Assembly (NCBI RefSeq): GCF_006345805.1
Contig: NC_043024.1
Span: 19,282,001 to 19,346,000 of the forward strand
Source of the DNA: Octopus sinensis
Lineage: Eukaryota
Reading direction: 5' to 3'
Length of the DNA: 64,000 bases
The position numbers and the translations under genes are program-made. Positions 27,833 through 41,111 of this stretch are shown piece by piece. The notes beneath the pieces are model-generated. The model was given only the letters and a program-made list of their open reading frames with translations. It was not told the origin of the DNA and searched no databases. Within the stretch, counting starts at the first letter, position 1; every line of letters starts with the position of its first letter.

Positions 27833-28619
27833 AGATATCAGAGTCTAATACTCTGAATTTCGTGAAATTCTTCAAAATGATATTTGGATGAGGAATTATC
27901 TTGGTTGTTAATTTGATTGGCACCGATTTGCATTGGATTGTTTGATATAGTTGACCAAATTCACTTGATACTGAGGGCTTTATTGGTATCAGCCTCTATT
28001 TATTAATCCCTTTTTTCTTCTTATATATGTGTGGGGGGAGGTGTTTGTCATTGTGTCGTTGTGTCAGTGTTTGTCTCCTATCACTGCTTGACATCCCTGT
28101 ATGTTTATGTTTGTTCATGTTTACGTACCCATAACTTAGCAGTTCAGCAAAAGAGACTGATAAAACAAGCTCTAGTCTTAAAAAGGTAAGTCCTGGAGTT
28201 GATCTGTTTGATTAAAATTCTTGAAGGTGTTGCTTTAGCATGGCTGCAGACTAATGATTGAAACAAGTGAAAGATAAAAGATAAACGATTGACTCACACA
28301 CCTTGTGTTGCGATCAAGGTCACCAGATCACAGGTTTGATTCCCCAATTGGTTGGCATGTTCTGTTCTTGAGCACAACACTTCATTTCACATTACTCCAG
28401 TCCACTCAGCTGTAAATAGGTAACCTTGTGTTTGATTGGCACATGAGGGTGGGATGGTGATTCTGGAAAATCACCTGAATAAAGGTAGGTCCAGTGAGCC
28501 GCATTTTGTTTTCAGTGATAAAAGGATGAATAGCACAACCCATTCTGTGTATCCTAACCGGTTGAGATTGGTTGTTCAACCACATCAACTGGTTTATAAG
28601 GGTAAAGGGTAGGAATAAA

Positions 28620-28950
28620 GACCCCTTCAGTCATAAATGACCATGGTATTGTACCTAGAAAGTTCCCATCTGAGGCACAAGTCCTGACAAGGTTGTTTAT
28701 GGAAGACCAGCAGTCACCCATGGATACCAGCCTCCCCTCTCCATGCCACCAGTGTTATCCAAGGGAAAGGCAAAGGGGCCAATACAGCTTGGCATCAGTG
28801 ACATCACAACTCATTTCTACAGCTGAGTGAACTGGAGCAACGTGAAATAAAGTGTCTTGCTCAAGAACAATACACAGTCCAGTCCAGGAATTGAACTCAT
28901 TACCTCATGATAGTGAGTCTAACGCTTTAACCACTGAGCCAAGCACCTTA
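28620..28950 (-). mobile_element. Same SINE family as 27520-27832
   Basis: Reverse-complement similarity along its length. Confidence 0.65.
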
Positions 28951-29371
28951 CACCTGTGGAAAATCTCTAACTTAATCCATTTTCTACCTATGGACCCCTT
29001 TTGTTTCCTATTTTACTAGGGTGGACTCTTCTTGCCATTCAATGTTTAAAAGAAATCTTATTTAATATTTTGAATATTCATGGTACAATATAAGAAATTG
29101 TATAAAAAAAATTATTAAACTATTCTGTGTATTGTAGAAGTAAAAACAATTTGTTGTACATAAATCTCAACGGACCCCCAGGGGTTATATGAACGCTTGT
29201 TCAGAACCGTTGATATTAACTAATAATGCTTCTGTTCACAAAATGGTTTGTGTCTCTGTTGTTTGATGAAGAGGATGCACTTGTTTGATCTCAACTGAAT
29301 TATCAGCCTTGAATTAATGTCTAAGTGGCTGAGTACTCCTCAAACACATGTTTATACTTTGTCTTTTATCT

Positions 29372-29777
29372 CTCTCTTTACTCTTTACTCTTTTACTTGT
29401 TCAGTCATTTGACTGCGGCCATGCTGGAGCACCGCCTTTAGTCGAGCAAATTGACCCCAGGACTTTTTCTTTGTAAGCCTAGTACTTATTCTATCGGTCT
29501 CTTTTGCCGAACCGCTAAGTGACGGGGACGTAAACACACCAGCATCGGTTGTCAAGCAATGCTAGGGGGACAAACACAGTCACACAACACACACAAACAT
29601 ACATATACATATATACGACAGGCTTCTTTCAGTTTCCGTCTACCAAATCCACTCACAAGGCATTGTCGACCCGGGGCTATAGCAGAAGACACTTGACCAA
29701 GATGCCACGCAGTGGAACTGAACCCGGAACCATGTTGTTGGTTAACAAGCTACTTACCACACAGCCACTCCTGCACC
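29372..29777 (-). mobile_element. CORE-like composite SINE, full length
   Basis: Reverse complement of the 13609-14026 type. Confidence 0.85.
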
Positions 29778-30158
29778 TTTTACTTATTTCATTCATGGTG
29801 GCCTGGTTTGGCAATTTTAATCCTTTAGCATTTTGATTACTCTGTTTTATGTTCCACGTTCAGATGCCTCTACTACTCAACCTACTTTCTGCTGACGTCT
29901 AGACTTCTCCATCTATATCTAGGTATTGGGCTAGCCTACTTCATTGTCTGGGGGTGTCCACACAACACTCTGTCAAATATAAAGTTCTTTTATTCACATT
30001 GTTTTGAATTAATCATGCATTATCTTGTGACTTTGAGATTACAACAGTGTGTTTGTATATTCTTAGAATGACATTGTAGGTTAAGTGTGAGAGGCTGGAT
30101 CTGGCCAGTTTGAACATAAAACAGGTGGAATATTTTGGGCCTGCTAGGGCTGCTGTAA

Positions 30159-30805
30159 CCCTTTAGTAAACGGATTATTCTGTCAAATATAATTCTTCTT
30201 TATTCACAGTTTTGAATTGATCATGCATTATCTCACAGCTTTGAGATTTCATCATCATCATCATCATCATCATTTAGCATCCGCTTTCCATGCTAGCATG
30301 GGTTGGACGATTCACCTGGCTCTGGGAAGCCAGAAGGCTGCACCAGGCCCAGTCTGATCTGGCAATGTTTCTACGGCTGGATGCCCTTCCTAATGCCAAT
30401 CTGAGTGTAGTGGGTGCTTTTTACATGCCACCGGCATGGGGGCCAGGCAAAGCTGGCAAACAGCCACAGTCGGATGGTGCTTTTTACGTGCCACCAGCAC
30501 GGAGGCCTGTTGGGGTGGCGCTGGCAATGGCCACATTCTGATGGTTCACTTACGTGCCACCGGCACTGGTATCACGGCTATAATTTCCACTGATGTTGAT
30601 CGATTTCGATTTTGATTCTGATTTACACTTGCCTCAACAGGTCTTCACAAGTAGAGTTTTGTGTCCCAAGAAGGAGGTATGCATAAGTTACATTGATATT
30701 ATTGTTTACTTTTAGAATGACATTGCAGGATAGGTGTAACAGGCCAGATACGACCAGTTTGAAAATAAAACAGGCAGAATATTTGGGCTGAAAATGGCTA
30801 AAGAG
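30159..30805. mobile_element. piggyBac-like MITE interrupted by a SINE; related partial copy at 29821-30150
   Basis: Termini (G)TAA|CCCTTTAG ... CTAAAGAG|TTAA; the copy at 29817 starts TTAA|TCCTTTAGC; internal sequence is shared. Confidence 0.55.
30250..30690 (-). mobile_element. (GAT)n-tailed SINE-like retroposon
   Basis: Minus 3' end GGAAAGCGGATGCTAAATGATGATGAT and motif AGGAAGGGCATCCAGC; about 10 copies in the window. Confidence 0.75.
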
Positions 30806-31475
30806 TTAAAACGGCGATAATGGAATTATTATGATCTTCTCATAATTTACAAAAGCATTTATTCCTGGCATCGGCTCTGCTGAAATCAAGAATGAAAGGG
30901 AAATGTAATTTCGGCATTAAAAATGTAACGAAATTCTATCTAAGCTCTTTTGAAAAGCTTTTAAAAATATGTCTAAGTAGACTTGTAATTAGAGACAAGC
31001 ATAAATTGACGGATAATAAGTGGGTGTTGAGGAAGCGAGGAAGGAGATTCTATAATAATTCAGATGAAAACACAATCACAATTCTATTGTATATTCGGCA
31101 GCATAAGATTAACATTTACAATTACTGAATTCTGTGAAATGTCAACTTCTGGTTCGTAATTGCAAAAGAAAAGCGGCTTCGAAAATGTTTAAAACTTTTG
31201 TTTTGTTCTTTAAAAGAATGAAGTTATCTATGTCTTTGAGAATCTCCATAATCCTTCTCCCCACTCCTTTCAAGACATATACATATGTGTGTGTGTGTGT
31301 GTGTGTGTACATAGGTGTGTGTGTGGGTGTGTATGTGTATGTGCATATGTGTATGCGTGCATTTAACAAAAACATTCTTTACCAAAATTAAAGACTCACA
31401 TAAAATTTCTATCTCTGTTTTTGTTCATGCATATATACATATATATATACATACATATTTATAATACAGGCATCC

Positions 31476-31507
<32 letters not shown>

Positions 31508-31971
31508 GAATAAAATAACTTTATTTTCTATATATACATATTATTATACTTACATGAATATATAATCATTATGTATACATCAATATGTATATATATAAAT
31601 ATATATAGAGAGAGAGATATATACACACACACAAACACATATATACATTTATATACATCCATGCACACACACACACACACTCACACATACATATATATAT
31701 ATACATATATATATTTTAATTATATATTATTATTAATATTAGGAAATCAATATCAAAACTCTTCAGAAAGATATACACGTGTGAAAAATAATTGTTGTTT
31801 TAAAAATATATAAATAAATAAATATAAATATGTATAAAAATATATGTAAATATGCATTAGTATATATATATATATATATATAATGTATATGACAGTTTAA
31901 AAGTTTTGAATTAATTATTTAACATCTTACGATCATTTCACACATATATAATATATATATATATATATATG

Positions 31972-32013
<42 letters not shown>

Positions 32014-33361
32014 TGATATGCATAATAATTATATATTCATGTATGCATAAGGGATATGTATGTATAATAATAGATCAACCCTCCATTCATAGATGATATA
32101 CATTTCTACATACATATCTCTCACTCTGTCATTCTCCTCCCTTTCTCTCTCTCTCTCCCTCTCTCGCCTATCCTTCTCTCTTTCTTTCTCCTTCAACCAT
32201 TTCACATATATACACTCAGACATAGAATTTTCTGTCCACACATATTTTCGAACAGAGAATTCCTGTAAAACGTAAATGCTACAAAATCAAACCTCAAACG
32301 CAAACTTGAAAGCAATTATCAGTGGATAATATTCCACAGTAAAACAAAACCTTCCCGAAGCAATAACAGCAAATTCCATTTTCTTTTCTTTATTGAATTC
32401 TTCATTTTAAATCTATTTATTTAAATTGGAATTGAATTTCATTCTGGTAATTTGGATATTTCTTAAAAGCGAATTGGAAATCTTTTCAGCTACATTTTTA
32501 TTGTCTTTTGAGCTCTTTGTTGTCATCCTTGTTTTATTGTTCTTCATCTTCGTCTCCCCATCCTCCTCTTCCTCTTTGATATGTAACGTTTGACAAATGC
32601 TTGTGCTTTCTTTTCTTATCTATTCTATGAGTGTGGAAGAGTATAGAGTATATATACGTGCATGTCTGTGTGTGTGTATATAGATATGTCTATTTGTATA
32701 TTCTTTTACTTTTTAACTGGCTTCAGTCATTTGACTGTGGCCATGCTGGAGCACCACCTTTAGTCGAGCAAATCAACCCCAGGACTTATTCTTTGTAAGC
32801 CCAGTACTTATTCTATCGGTCACTTTTGCCGAACCGCTAAGTGACGGGGACATAAACACACACCATCATCAGTTGTCAAGCGATGTTAGTGGGACGAACA
32901 CAGACACACAAACAATATACCACACATACATATGTATATATACATATATACGATAGGCTTCTTTCAGTTTCCGTCTACCAAATCTACTTACAAGGCTTTG
33001 GTCGGCCCGAGGCTATAATAGAAGACACTTGCCCAAGGTGCCACGCAGTGGGACTGAACCCAGATCCATGTTGCCCCCACCCCCAGAAAGGATGTGCTAT
33101 GAGGAAGAGAGAAAGCAGGTGTTGCTTTGTTTGTGTTCCTGTAACTTAGTAGTTCAGTCAAAAGTGACCTATAAAAGGGACCCCACTTTAAGATATATGC
33201 TGGTTTCAAATTTTAGCACAAGACCTTTAAGTTTGGAGGAGGGTGCAAATCAATTATGTTGACCCCACGACTCAACTGGTACTTATTTTATCAACCCCAA
33301 AATGACAAAAAGGCAAAGTCAACCACTGTTGTTTGATCTCAGAGGCAAGGTCAGAGGAAAA

Positions 33362-33770
33362 ACCTATTTCTTTACTACCCTCAAGGGGCTAAACACAGAG
33401 GAGACAAACAAGGACAGACAAACGGATTAAATCGATTATATCGACCCCAGTGCATAACTGGTACTTAATTATCGACCCCGAAAGGATGAAAAGCAAAGTC
33501 AACCTCGGTGGAATTTGAACACGGAATGTAACGGCAGACGAAATACCTATTTCTTTACTACCCACAAGGGGCTAAACGTAGAGAGGACAAACAAGGACAG
33601 ACAACACGGATTAAGTCGATTATATCGTCCCCAGTGCATAACTGGTACTTAATTTATCGATCCCGCAGGATGATATGCAAAGTCGACCTTGGTGGAATTT
33701 GAACTCAGAACGTAACAGCTGACGAAATACCGCTAAGCATTTCGCCCGACGTGCTAACGTTTCTGCCATA
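33362..33770 (-). mobile_element. SINE head plus 2 bodies
   Basis: Same GGTA|TTTCGTC junction as the longer arrays. Confidence 0.8.
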
Positions 33771-34079
33771 AGAAAAACCACTGAGCATTTTGTCCAGTAT
33801 GGGGATGATTCTGCCAGCTTCTCTCCCATCTTTCCCGTTTCAAAAAATACTGAGGCCTATTTGATCAAGGTGCTCCAGCATGGCCATGGTTCAATAAGGG
33901 AAACAGTAAAAGAATAATAGAATATTAGAATGATGGAATAAAGTGCATTGGAATTCTTTATCTTGCTGCAAGAATTGGTGCAATTTAAAACGGTTTGGAA
34001 TGAATCTTAGGGTCTATGTTTGTAATACTTTTAATAAATGTTATCTTAACTAAAGACCAAAACTGAAGACAACATATGT

Positions 34080-34490
34080 AGGCACAGGAGTGGCTGTGTG
34101 GTAAGTAGCTTTCTAACCAACCACATGGTTCTGGGTTCAGTCCCACTGCGTGGCATCTTGGGCAAGTGTCTTCTACTATAGCTTCGGACCGACCAAAGCC
34201 TTGTGAGTGGATTTGGTAGGCAGAAACTGAAAAGAAGCCCGTCGTATATATGTATATATATATATATATGTGCGTGTGTGTTTGTGTGTCTGTGTTTGTC
34301 CCCCTAGCATTGCTTGACAACCGATGCTGGTGTGTTTACGTCCCCGTCACTTAGCGGTTCGGCAAAAAGAAACCGATAGAATAAGTACTGGGCTTACAAA
34401 GAATAAGTCCCTGGGTCGATTTGCTCAACTAAAGGCAGTGCTCCAGCATGGCCGCAGTCAAATGACTGAAACAAGTAAAAGAGTAAAAGA
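34080..34490 (+). mobile_element. CORE-like composite SINE, full length
   Basis: Head, internal (TA)(TG) and (GTAAAAGA) tail present. Confidence 0.85.
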
Positions 34491-35097
34491 GAGAGAGAGT
34501 ATATTATACATACATACAAACATACATACGCACATACATATATATGCACACACATATATATACATATATATTATATATAGACACATGTATGTATCTATAC
34601 CTATCTATATATATGTGTGTGAGTGTTTGTGTAATCAATTGTATTGTTTATAAGACAAATAAAAAGCTGATAAACTATGGAAGAAAATCGAAACCATAAT
34701 CTGTGCTAGACACTGTATATTTGTAAGATAACTGATAAAAGTATGGAATGATATTGAAATCACAATATCACATGGATGACCTAGTCCTGAGACAATTGAA
34801 TGATAAACTATGGAACACAATTGATGATATAATCTGTTTTATGCTCTACATTGGTGTTATGTAAGAAAATTAGTTGATAAACTATGGAAGAAAGTCAAAG
34901 CCATAATCTTTTATAGACAGCATATTCACAAGATCGTTGAAAGACTATGGAAAACAATCAGACATAATTTACCAGCGACAATATATTCATATCAGAAATA
35001 TTAAATTTCTAAATATCTCATAGAGATATGTACGGAGGTGGGGCGATAGAATGGTTGTATACTGTCAATTTAACGTGACAGTAGGGGATTACACCAC

Positions 35098-35218
35098 CCG
35101 AAGAGAAGATTACATTGTTTTACACCATTTTATTCCTTTTGAATAATATCAGTGATATCTTTGAAACATGTGTCGGAAGTAAAAGAATTTGAATAACACC
35201 TGCGTTAAACCCCATTTA
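35098..35218 (+). mobile_element. Penelope-like terminus with hammerhead motif
   Basis: CCGAAGA, stem II GAAGAT/ATCTTT, GAAA-C-ATGT-GTC-GGAAG; ends in (TA)n; second copy at 44690-44806. Confidence 0.6.
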
Positions 35219-35241
35219 TATATCTATATATATATATATAT

Positions 35242-35504
35242 TATATTAAATTAGAGATAAAACCACTATTAGGCAAATCAAACAATGAAAAACTTAAGCC
35301 AATACATAAATAATTTAATTTAAATTATTTTAAATATATATCAAAAGTATTAAAGATTATAAAAGATAATGATTAAAACACTTTTATTAATCTTTTAATA
35401 CTTTTGATATATATTTAAAATAATTTAAATTAATTTTTTATGTATTGGTTAAGTTTTTCATTGTATGATTTGCCTAATAGTGGTTTTATCTCTAATTTAA
35501 TATA
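35242..35504. repeat. Imperfect long inverted repeat (~125-bp arms)
   Basis: TATATTAAATTAGAGATAAAACCACTATT... recurs as its reverse complement; related to 61343 and 63843. Confidence 0.85.
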
Positions 35505-36209
35505 TTTATAATATTTTACTATAAAATTGGATTCAATCCTAAATCTGATTTTTCCCTGTAAGTTTGGATTATTCCCAATATTTATTATTAATTTATATAT
35601 ATTATATATATATATAATATTATATATATTATATATTACACATATATAGAGAGAGTGTTGTATAATGTCAACTTAACGTGACAGTAGGGGAATTACACTA
35701 CTGCTGTTTAGCCCTAGGAAGCATCGACGCTTCCTGATGGCTCGACACATTTTCCTGTGTCCTTATATATTTACGAAGGGGAGACAAATACCCCCAGCAG
35801 CATGTTTCAGGATCTTTGTCCATCATCAGTCTTATATTCATAAGATTGAAAATCTATGGAACAAAATAAAAGCCACAAATTATTGTAAGCATAATATTTA
35901 TAGTTGTGAAAAACTATGGAACAAGATCAATGCCATAATTTACTGAAAACAACATATGATTAAAAAATCTACAGAATACAATCAAAGCCATCATTTATTA
36001 TTGACAATAAATTCAGGAAATTGAAAAAGAAACTATGGAAAAAAATTAAGCCATAATTTATTGTAGATATTCATAAGATTCATAAGGCATTTATAAGATT
36101 GAAGAATTATGGAAGTTAATCAAAACCATAAATTATTATAAAAAGCATTATACTGAAAAGCTTTGAAACACTATCAAAGTTGTAATTTATTATCAACAAT
36201 ATATTCACA

Positions 36210-36995
36210 TCATCATCATCATCATCATCATCATCGTTTAGCATCCGTTTTCCATGCTAGCATGGGTTGGACGGTGCAACTGGGGTCTGGGAAGCCAGAA
36301 GGCTGCACCAGGCCCAGTCTGATCTGGCAATGTTTCTACGGCTGGATGCCCTTCCTAACGCCAACCACTCCGTGAGTGTAGTGGGTGCTTTTTACGTGCC
36401 ACCTGCACGGGTGCCAGACAAGTCTGGCAAATGGCCACAGTCGGATGGTGCTTTTTATGTGCCAGCGGCACGGGGGCCAGGTGAGGCTGGCAATGGCCAT
36501 GATCGGATGGTGCTTTTTACATGCCACTGGCACGGAGGCCCGTCGGCGTGACGCTGGCAACGGCCACATTCAGATGGTTCACTTACATGCCACCGGCACT
36601 GGTATCACAGCTACAAATTCCATTGATGTTGATCGATTTCGATTTTGATTCTGATTTCCACTTGCCTCAACAGGCCTTCACAAGTGGAGTTTTTTTTACG
36701 TGCCACCTGCACAGGTGCCAGACAAGTCTGGCAAATGGCCACGGTCGGATGGTGCTTTTTACGTGCCACCTGCACGGGAGCCAGGCGAGGCTGGCAGACG
36801 GCCACGATCGGATGGTGCTTTTTACGTGCCACCGGCACGGAAGCCAGTCGGGGTGGAACTGGCAACGGCTACGTTTGGCTGGTTCTCTTATGTGCCACCA
36901 GCACTGATATCAGAGCGACAATTTCCATTCATGTTGATCGATTTTGATTTTTGATTTTTTGATTTTTTTGATTTTTTGATTTTTTGATTTTGATT
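36210..36995 (-). mobile_element. (GAT)n-tailed element with internal ~55-bp tandem units and a block duplication
   Basis: CGGATGGTGCTTTTTACGTGCCACC is repeated; 36380-36660 is duplicated at 36690-36940. Confidence 0.75.
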
Positions 36996-37366
36996 TTCAT
37001 GATTGTTGAAAATCTATGAGACACAATCAAAGCCCTAATGTGTGAAAGAAACATATTCATAAAGAGTTAAAAAGTTATGGAATACAATCAGGGTCATAAT
37101 CAGTAATAAACTGGGTACTGATATGGCTGTATGCTTAAGAAATTTGTTGAGAAACCGTGTAATTTCAGGTTCAATCCCAGTTTGGAAAACTTTATGCAAG
37201 TGTTTCAGATCATCCACCGAGACTTATTTTATTTTTTGTTAAGGTGGTTCTTATTCTATTAGTAAACAAACCAACACCAGTTGTTAAGCTGTATAGGGAA
37301 AAACAGAGATAAAGATTCACACATTGTATATATATATATATATATACATATATATACATTTCAAAA

Positions 37367-37575
37367 TGTGACCGCGTGTGTACCGTTGGCGATTTTTTTT
37401 CCTCTGTCTTCCCTTCTCTGGATCTTTCCTTCTCCTATGTTCCCGATGAAGAGCTCCGCTCGAAACGTTAATCCCTCCTTCTTTCCTTCTTTCCTGAGCG
37501 TCCAATAATACTATATTTGTTCCACGTCCTCGCGTTGTTGTGTTTTTTTGTGCTTTCTTGTTTGGATTAACTTTA
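37367..37575 (+). mobile_element. Penelope-like terminus with minimal hammerhead motif
   Basis: CCGATGA-A-GAGC-TCC-GCTC-GAAACGT at 37443-37468; ends in (TA)n; copies at 47652 and, partially, ~41325-41410 on minus. Confidence 0.55.
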
Positions 37576-37645
37576 TATACATATATACACATATATACAT
37601 ATATACATATATATGGATATATACATATATATACATATATATATA

Positions 37646-37676
<31 letters not shown>

Positions 37677-38632
37677 GTTTAACGTCCGTTTTCCGCTCTA
37701 GCATGGCTTGGACGGTTCGACCGGGGTCTGGGAAGCCAGGGGCTGCACCAGGCTCTAATCTGATCTGGCAGAGTTTCTACAGCTGGATGCCCTTCCTAAC
37801 GCCAACCACTCCGCGAGTGTAGTGGGTGCTTTTTACATGCCACCTGCACAGGTGCCAGGGGGGTCTGGCATCGGCCACGATCGGTTAGAATACATATATA
37901 CATATGTGTGTGTGTGTGTGTATATATATGGACAAGTGTCCTCTACTACAGCCTCAGGCCAACCAAAGCCCTGTGAGTGGATACAGTAAACAGAAACTGA
38001 AAGAAGCCCATGGTGTATATATTTGCACTCCCCATATTTGTCTGTCGGGTAGCATCATGGCTCTTTTTCCTTTTGTTGGTTATGCATGATTATTACAATT
38101 ATTTTCGTTTGTCATCTGTATTTCTGTCATTGTTTGTTAGCTTTTTCCCTGCGGCTTTTTTGCAACTGGCACCACCAAGAGTGAACAATATCAACAATAG
38201 CCGTACAAAAGTGTTGTTATCTTTTGGATGTTGACTTTCGGAATGAGAAATTAGCTATGAATTTTTAATTTGTTTTCATCAGGTTTTTCCATTTGTTTTG
38301 ATTTTGTTAAATTCTTGTTGGTTATGTTTTCCTGAAATATATGTGTGTGTGTGTGTGTGTGTATGTATGTGTGCATGTGTGTGTGTGTATGTACAGGTCT
38401 TTTTCTTGATATCCATTAAATTTAATATTTTTCATTCAATTTTATTATATATATATATATATAGATAGATAGTTATATGTGTATGTATGTACGATATATA
38501 TATATGTATTTATGATATACATATATGTATATATATTTAATCAATTGTATACCTATATATCTGTGTGTATATATGTATGCATGTATATTTGCATGTATGC
38601 ATGTATATATAATCTCTCCCTCTCTTTTTCTC

Positions 38633-38718
<86 letters not shown>

Positions 38719-39724
38719 CAATTGTATTGTTTATAAGACAAACAAAAGTTTGATAAACTATGGGAGAAAATCGAAACCATAATCTGTGCTAGACGATGTG
38801 TATTTGTAAGGGAACTGAAAAAAGTATGGAATGACATTGAAATCACGATCTCATATATGTGAGCTAATACTTAAACAAGCGAATGAGGAACGAAGGAAAG
38901 TAATTGTATGTACCTGCAAAACAATCTGAATGCTTGACACCAGAGTCAAAACTGGTGGACAGGTTTATACTAAATGCCAGAATAAGGAATTTGAAGTATT
39001 GGCACATTTTGCGACAACAAGCACCATACGTCATTGGAAATTAAAGAGTCGTTAACACTTTCTATTTTTACTTCATTACAATTACCGAAATTATATGAGC
39101 GATATATCATTTTGTAATTATTCTCTCTGCTTTTCTCCTCTTCCTTACCCTCTTCTCTCTCTTCATAACCATTCCGGAATATTCTGCTCATTAGTGTAAC
39201 AATAATACAATAACCAAAAGGAAATAGAAACTACAAAATTAACGTAAATAAATAATAAAAAAATATATATCAAACAATAGATGAAGCAATTATTCACGAT
39301 ATGTCAGAGTAAAAGACTTCAAGAAGCAGCAGCAGCAGCAGTCGGAAATTCTATTTTCTCTATTGCATTATCGGTTCTTCCTTCTTTAACTCAAAAATCT
39401 ATTGATTTCTTTAACTTATAATTCAACGTTTGGTAATATCAGCGCTTGTTGTTCTCAACAAGAATCTTTAAAAGTTCTCCTGTTAAACATTTCGTTTTGA
39501 ATAAACTACGAAAAAACACCACCAGATAAAAAGATACAATCATCTTTTTTCTTTTTTTTGTAGCAATGACTTGACAAAGTTAGGTTGAGTTGATCTTCCC
39601 ATTGTTTGCAGAATAAAACTGGTCAACTATCTAGAAACACCTCCAGATAAAAATGATACATTCCCCCGTTTTCTAACAATGAATTGACCAAGGGTCAAGT
39701 GGAGCTGACCTTTATCTTGTTTAG

Positions 39725-39857
39725 AGAAGAAGACCAGTCTATCTCCCAAATGTACAAACAAAGGTTTGATCAGCTTGGAGCTACAGTCGGAGACACTGGC
39801 CCAAAGTGCCATACAAGGGTTGGGTGGTAAAATTCTTAATCTCACGGCTGTATTTAG
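39725..39857 (+). CDS. Candidate internal exon (phase 1 in, phase 2 out)
   Basis: CTGAC branch plus CTTTATCTTGTTTAG acceptor; donor TAG|GTATGT; open frame (E)KKTSLSPKCTNKGLISLELQSETLAQSAIQGLGGKILNLTAVF. Confidence 0.35.
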
Positions 39858-39882
39858 GTATGTATGTGTGAATGTCTATACC

Positions 39883-40113
39883 TATTTCTTTACTACCCAC
39901 AAGAGGCTAAACACAGAGGGAACAAACAAGGACAGACATAGGTTTTAAGTCGATTACATCGACCCCAGTTCGTAACTGGTACTTATTTAATCGACCCCGA
40001 AAGGATGAAAGGCAAAGTCGACCTCGGCGGAATTTGAACTCACAACGTAAGGCAGACGAAATACCGCTAAGCATTTCGCCCGGCGTGCTAACGTTTCTGC
40101 CAGCTCATCGCCT
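39883..40113 (-). mobile_element. Monomeric SINE with 14-bp TSD
   Basis: TGAATGTCTATACC at 39869-39882 and 40114-40127. Confidence 0.85.
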
Positions 40114-40126
40114 TGAATGTCTATAC

Positions 40127-40345
40127 CAGTGGTTTTCAACCAGGGTTCCGCAGAACCTTAGGGTTCCGCCAGTACGGTCCAGGGGTTCCGCAAGAAGTTA
40201 CAAAACTGCTAAAATCGGCAGTAATTTTTAATTCTCCTGTGCAGATATGTGTGCATAAGACTATTAAATTATTGCACAGGGGTTCCTCGAGCCAGTGGAA
40301 TGTTTCCTTGGGGTTCCGCTCCAGAAAAAAGTTTGAAAAGTACTG
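40127..40345. mobile_element. hAT-type MITE
   Basis: Imperfect TIRs CAGTGGTTTTCAACC / GTTTGAAAAGTACTG; exact 8-bp TSD GTCTATAC at 40119-40126 and 40346-40353. Confidence 0.85.
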
Positions 40346-40369
40346 GTCTATACATATGCGTGTATAAGT

Positions 40370-40592
40370 CGGTGAGCTGGTAGAAACGTTAGCACACTGG
40401 ACGAAATGCGTAACCGTATTTCGTCTGCTGTTACGTTCTGAGTTCAAATTCCGCCAATTCTGCCTTTCATCCTTTCAGGGTCGATAAATTAAATACCAGT
40501 TACACACTGGGGTCGATGTAGTCGACTTAATACGTTTGTCTGTCCTTGTCTGTCCTCTCTTTGTTTAGCCCCTTGTGGGTAGTAAAGAAATA
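40370..40592 (+). mobile_element. Monomeric SINE, inverted relative to 39883-40113
   Basis: Head GGTGAGCTGGTAGAAACGTTAGC, B-box, tail GTAAAGAAATA. Confidence 0.8.
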
Positions 40593-40695
40593 TATACATA
40601 TGCATGTGTGTGTGTGTGTGTGTGTGTGTGCATATACAGCATACACACACACACTCACACATAAACAGATAGATGGGTAGATAGCTAGAGATATA

Positions 40696-41082
40696 CTCTC
40701 TTTACTCTTTTACTTGTTTCAGTCATTTGACTGCAGCCATGCTGGAGCACCGCCTTTAATCCCCAGGACTTATTCTTTGTAAGCCTAGTACTTATTCTAT
40801 CGTTCTGTTTTTGCTGAACCACTAAGTTATGGAGGCACAAACTCACCAGCATCGGTTGTCAAGCGATCTTGGGGGGACAAACACAGACACACAAACACAC
40901 ATATATATATACATATATGTGACAGGCTTCTTTCAGTTTCCGTCTACCAAATCCACTCACAAGGCTTTGTTCGGCCCGAGGGTATAGTAGAAGACACTTG
41001 CCCAAGGTGTCATGGAGTGGGACTGAATCCAGAACCATGTGGTTGGTAAGCAAGCTACTTACCACACAGTCACTCCTACGCC
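40696..41082 (-). mobile_element. CORE-like composite SINE
   Basis: Reverse complement of the family consensus. Confidence 0.85.
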
Positions 41083-41111
41083 TATTATTAAATTTCTTTA
41101 GTTCGTTATGA

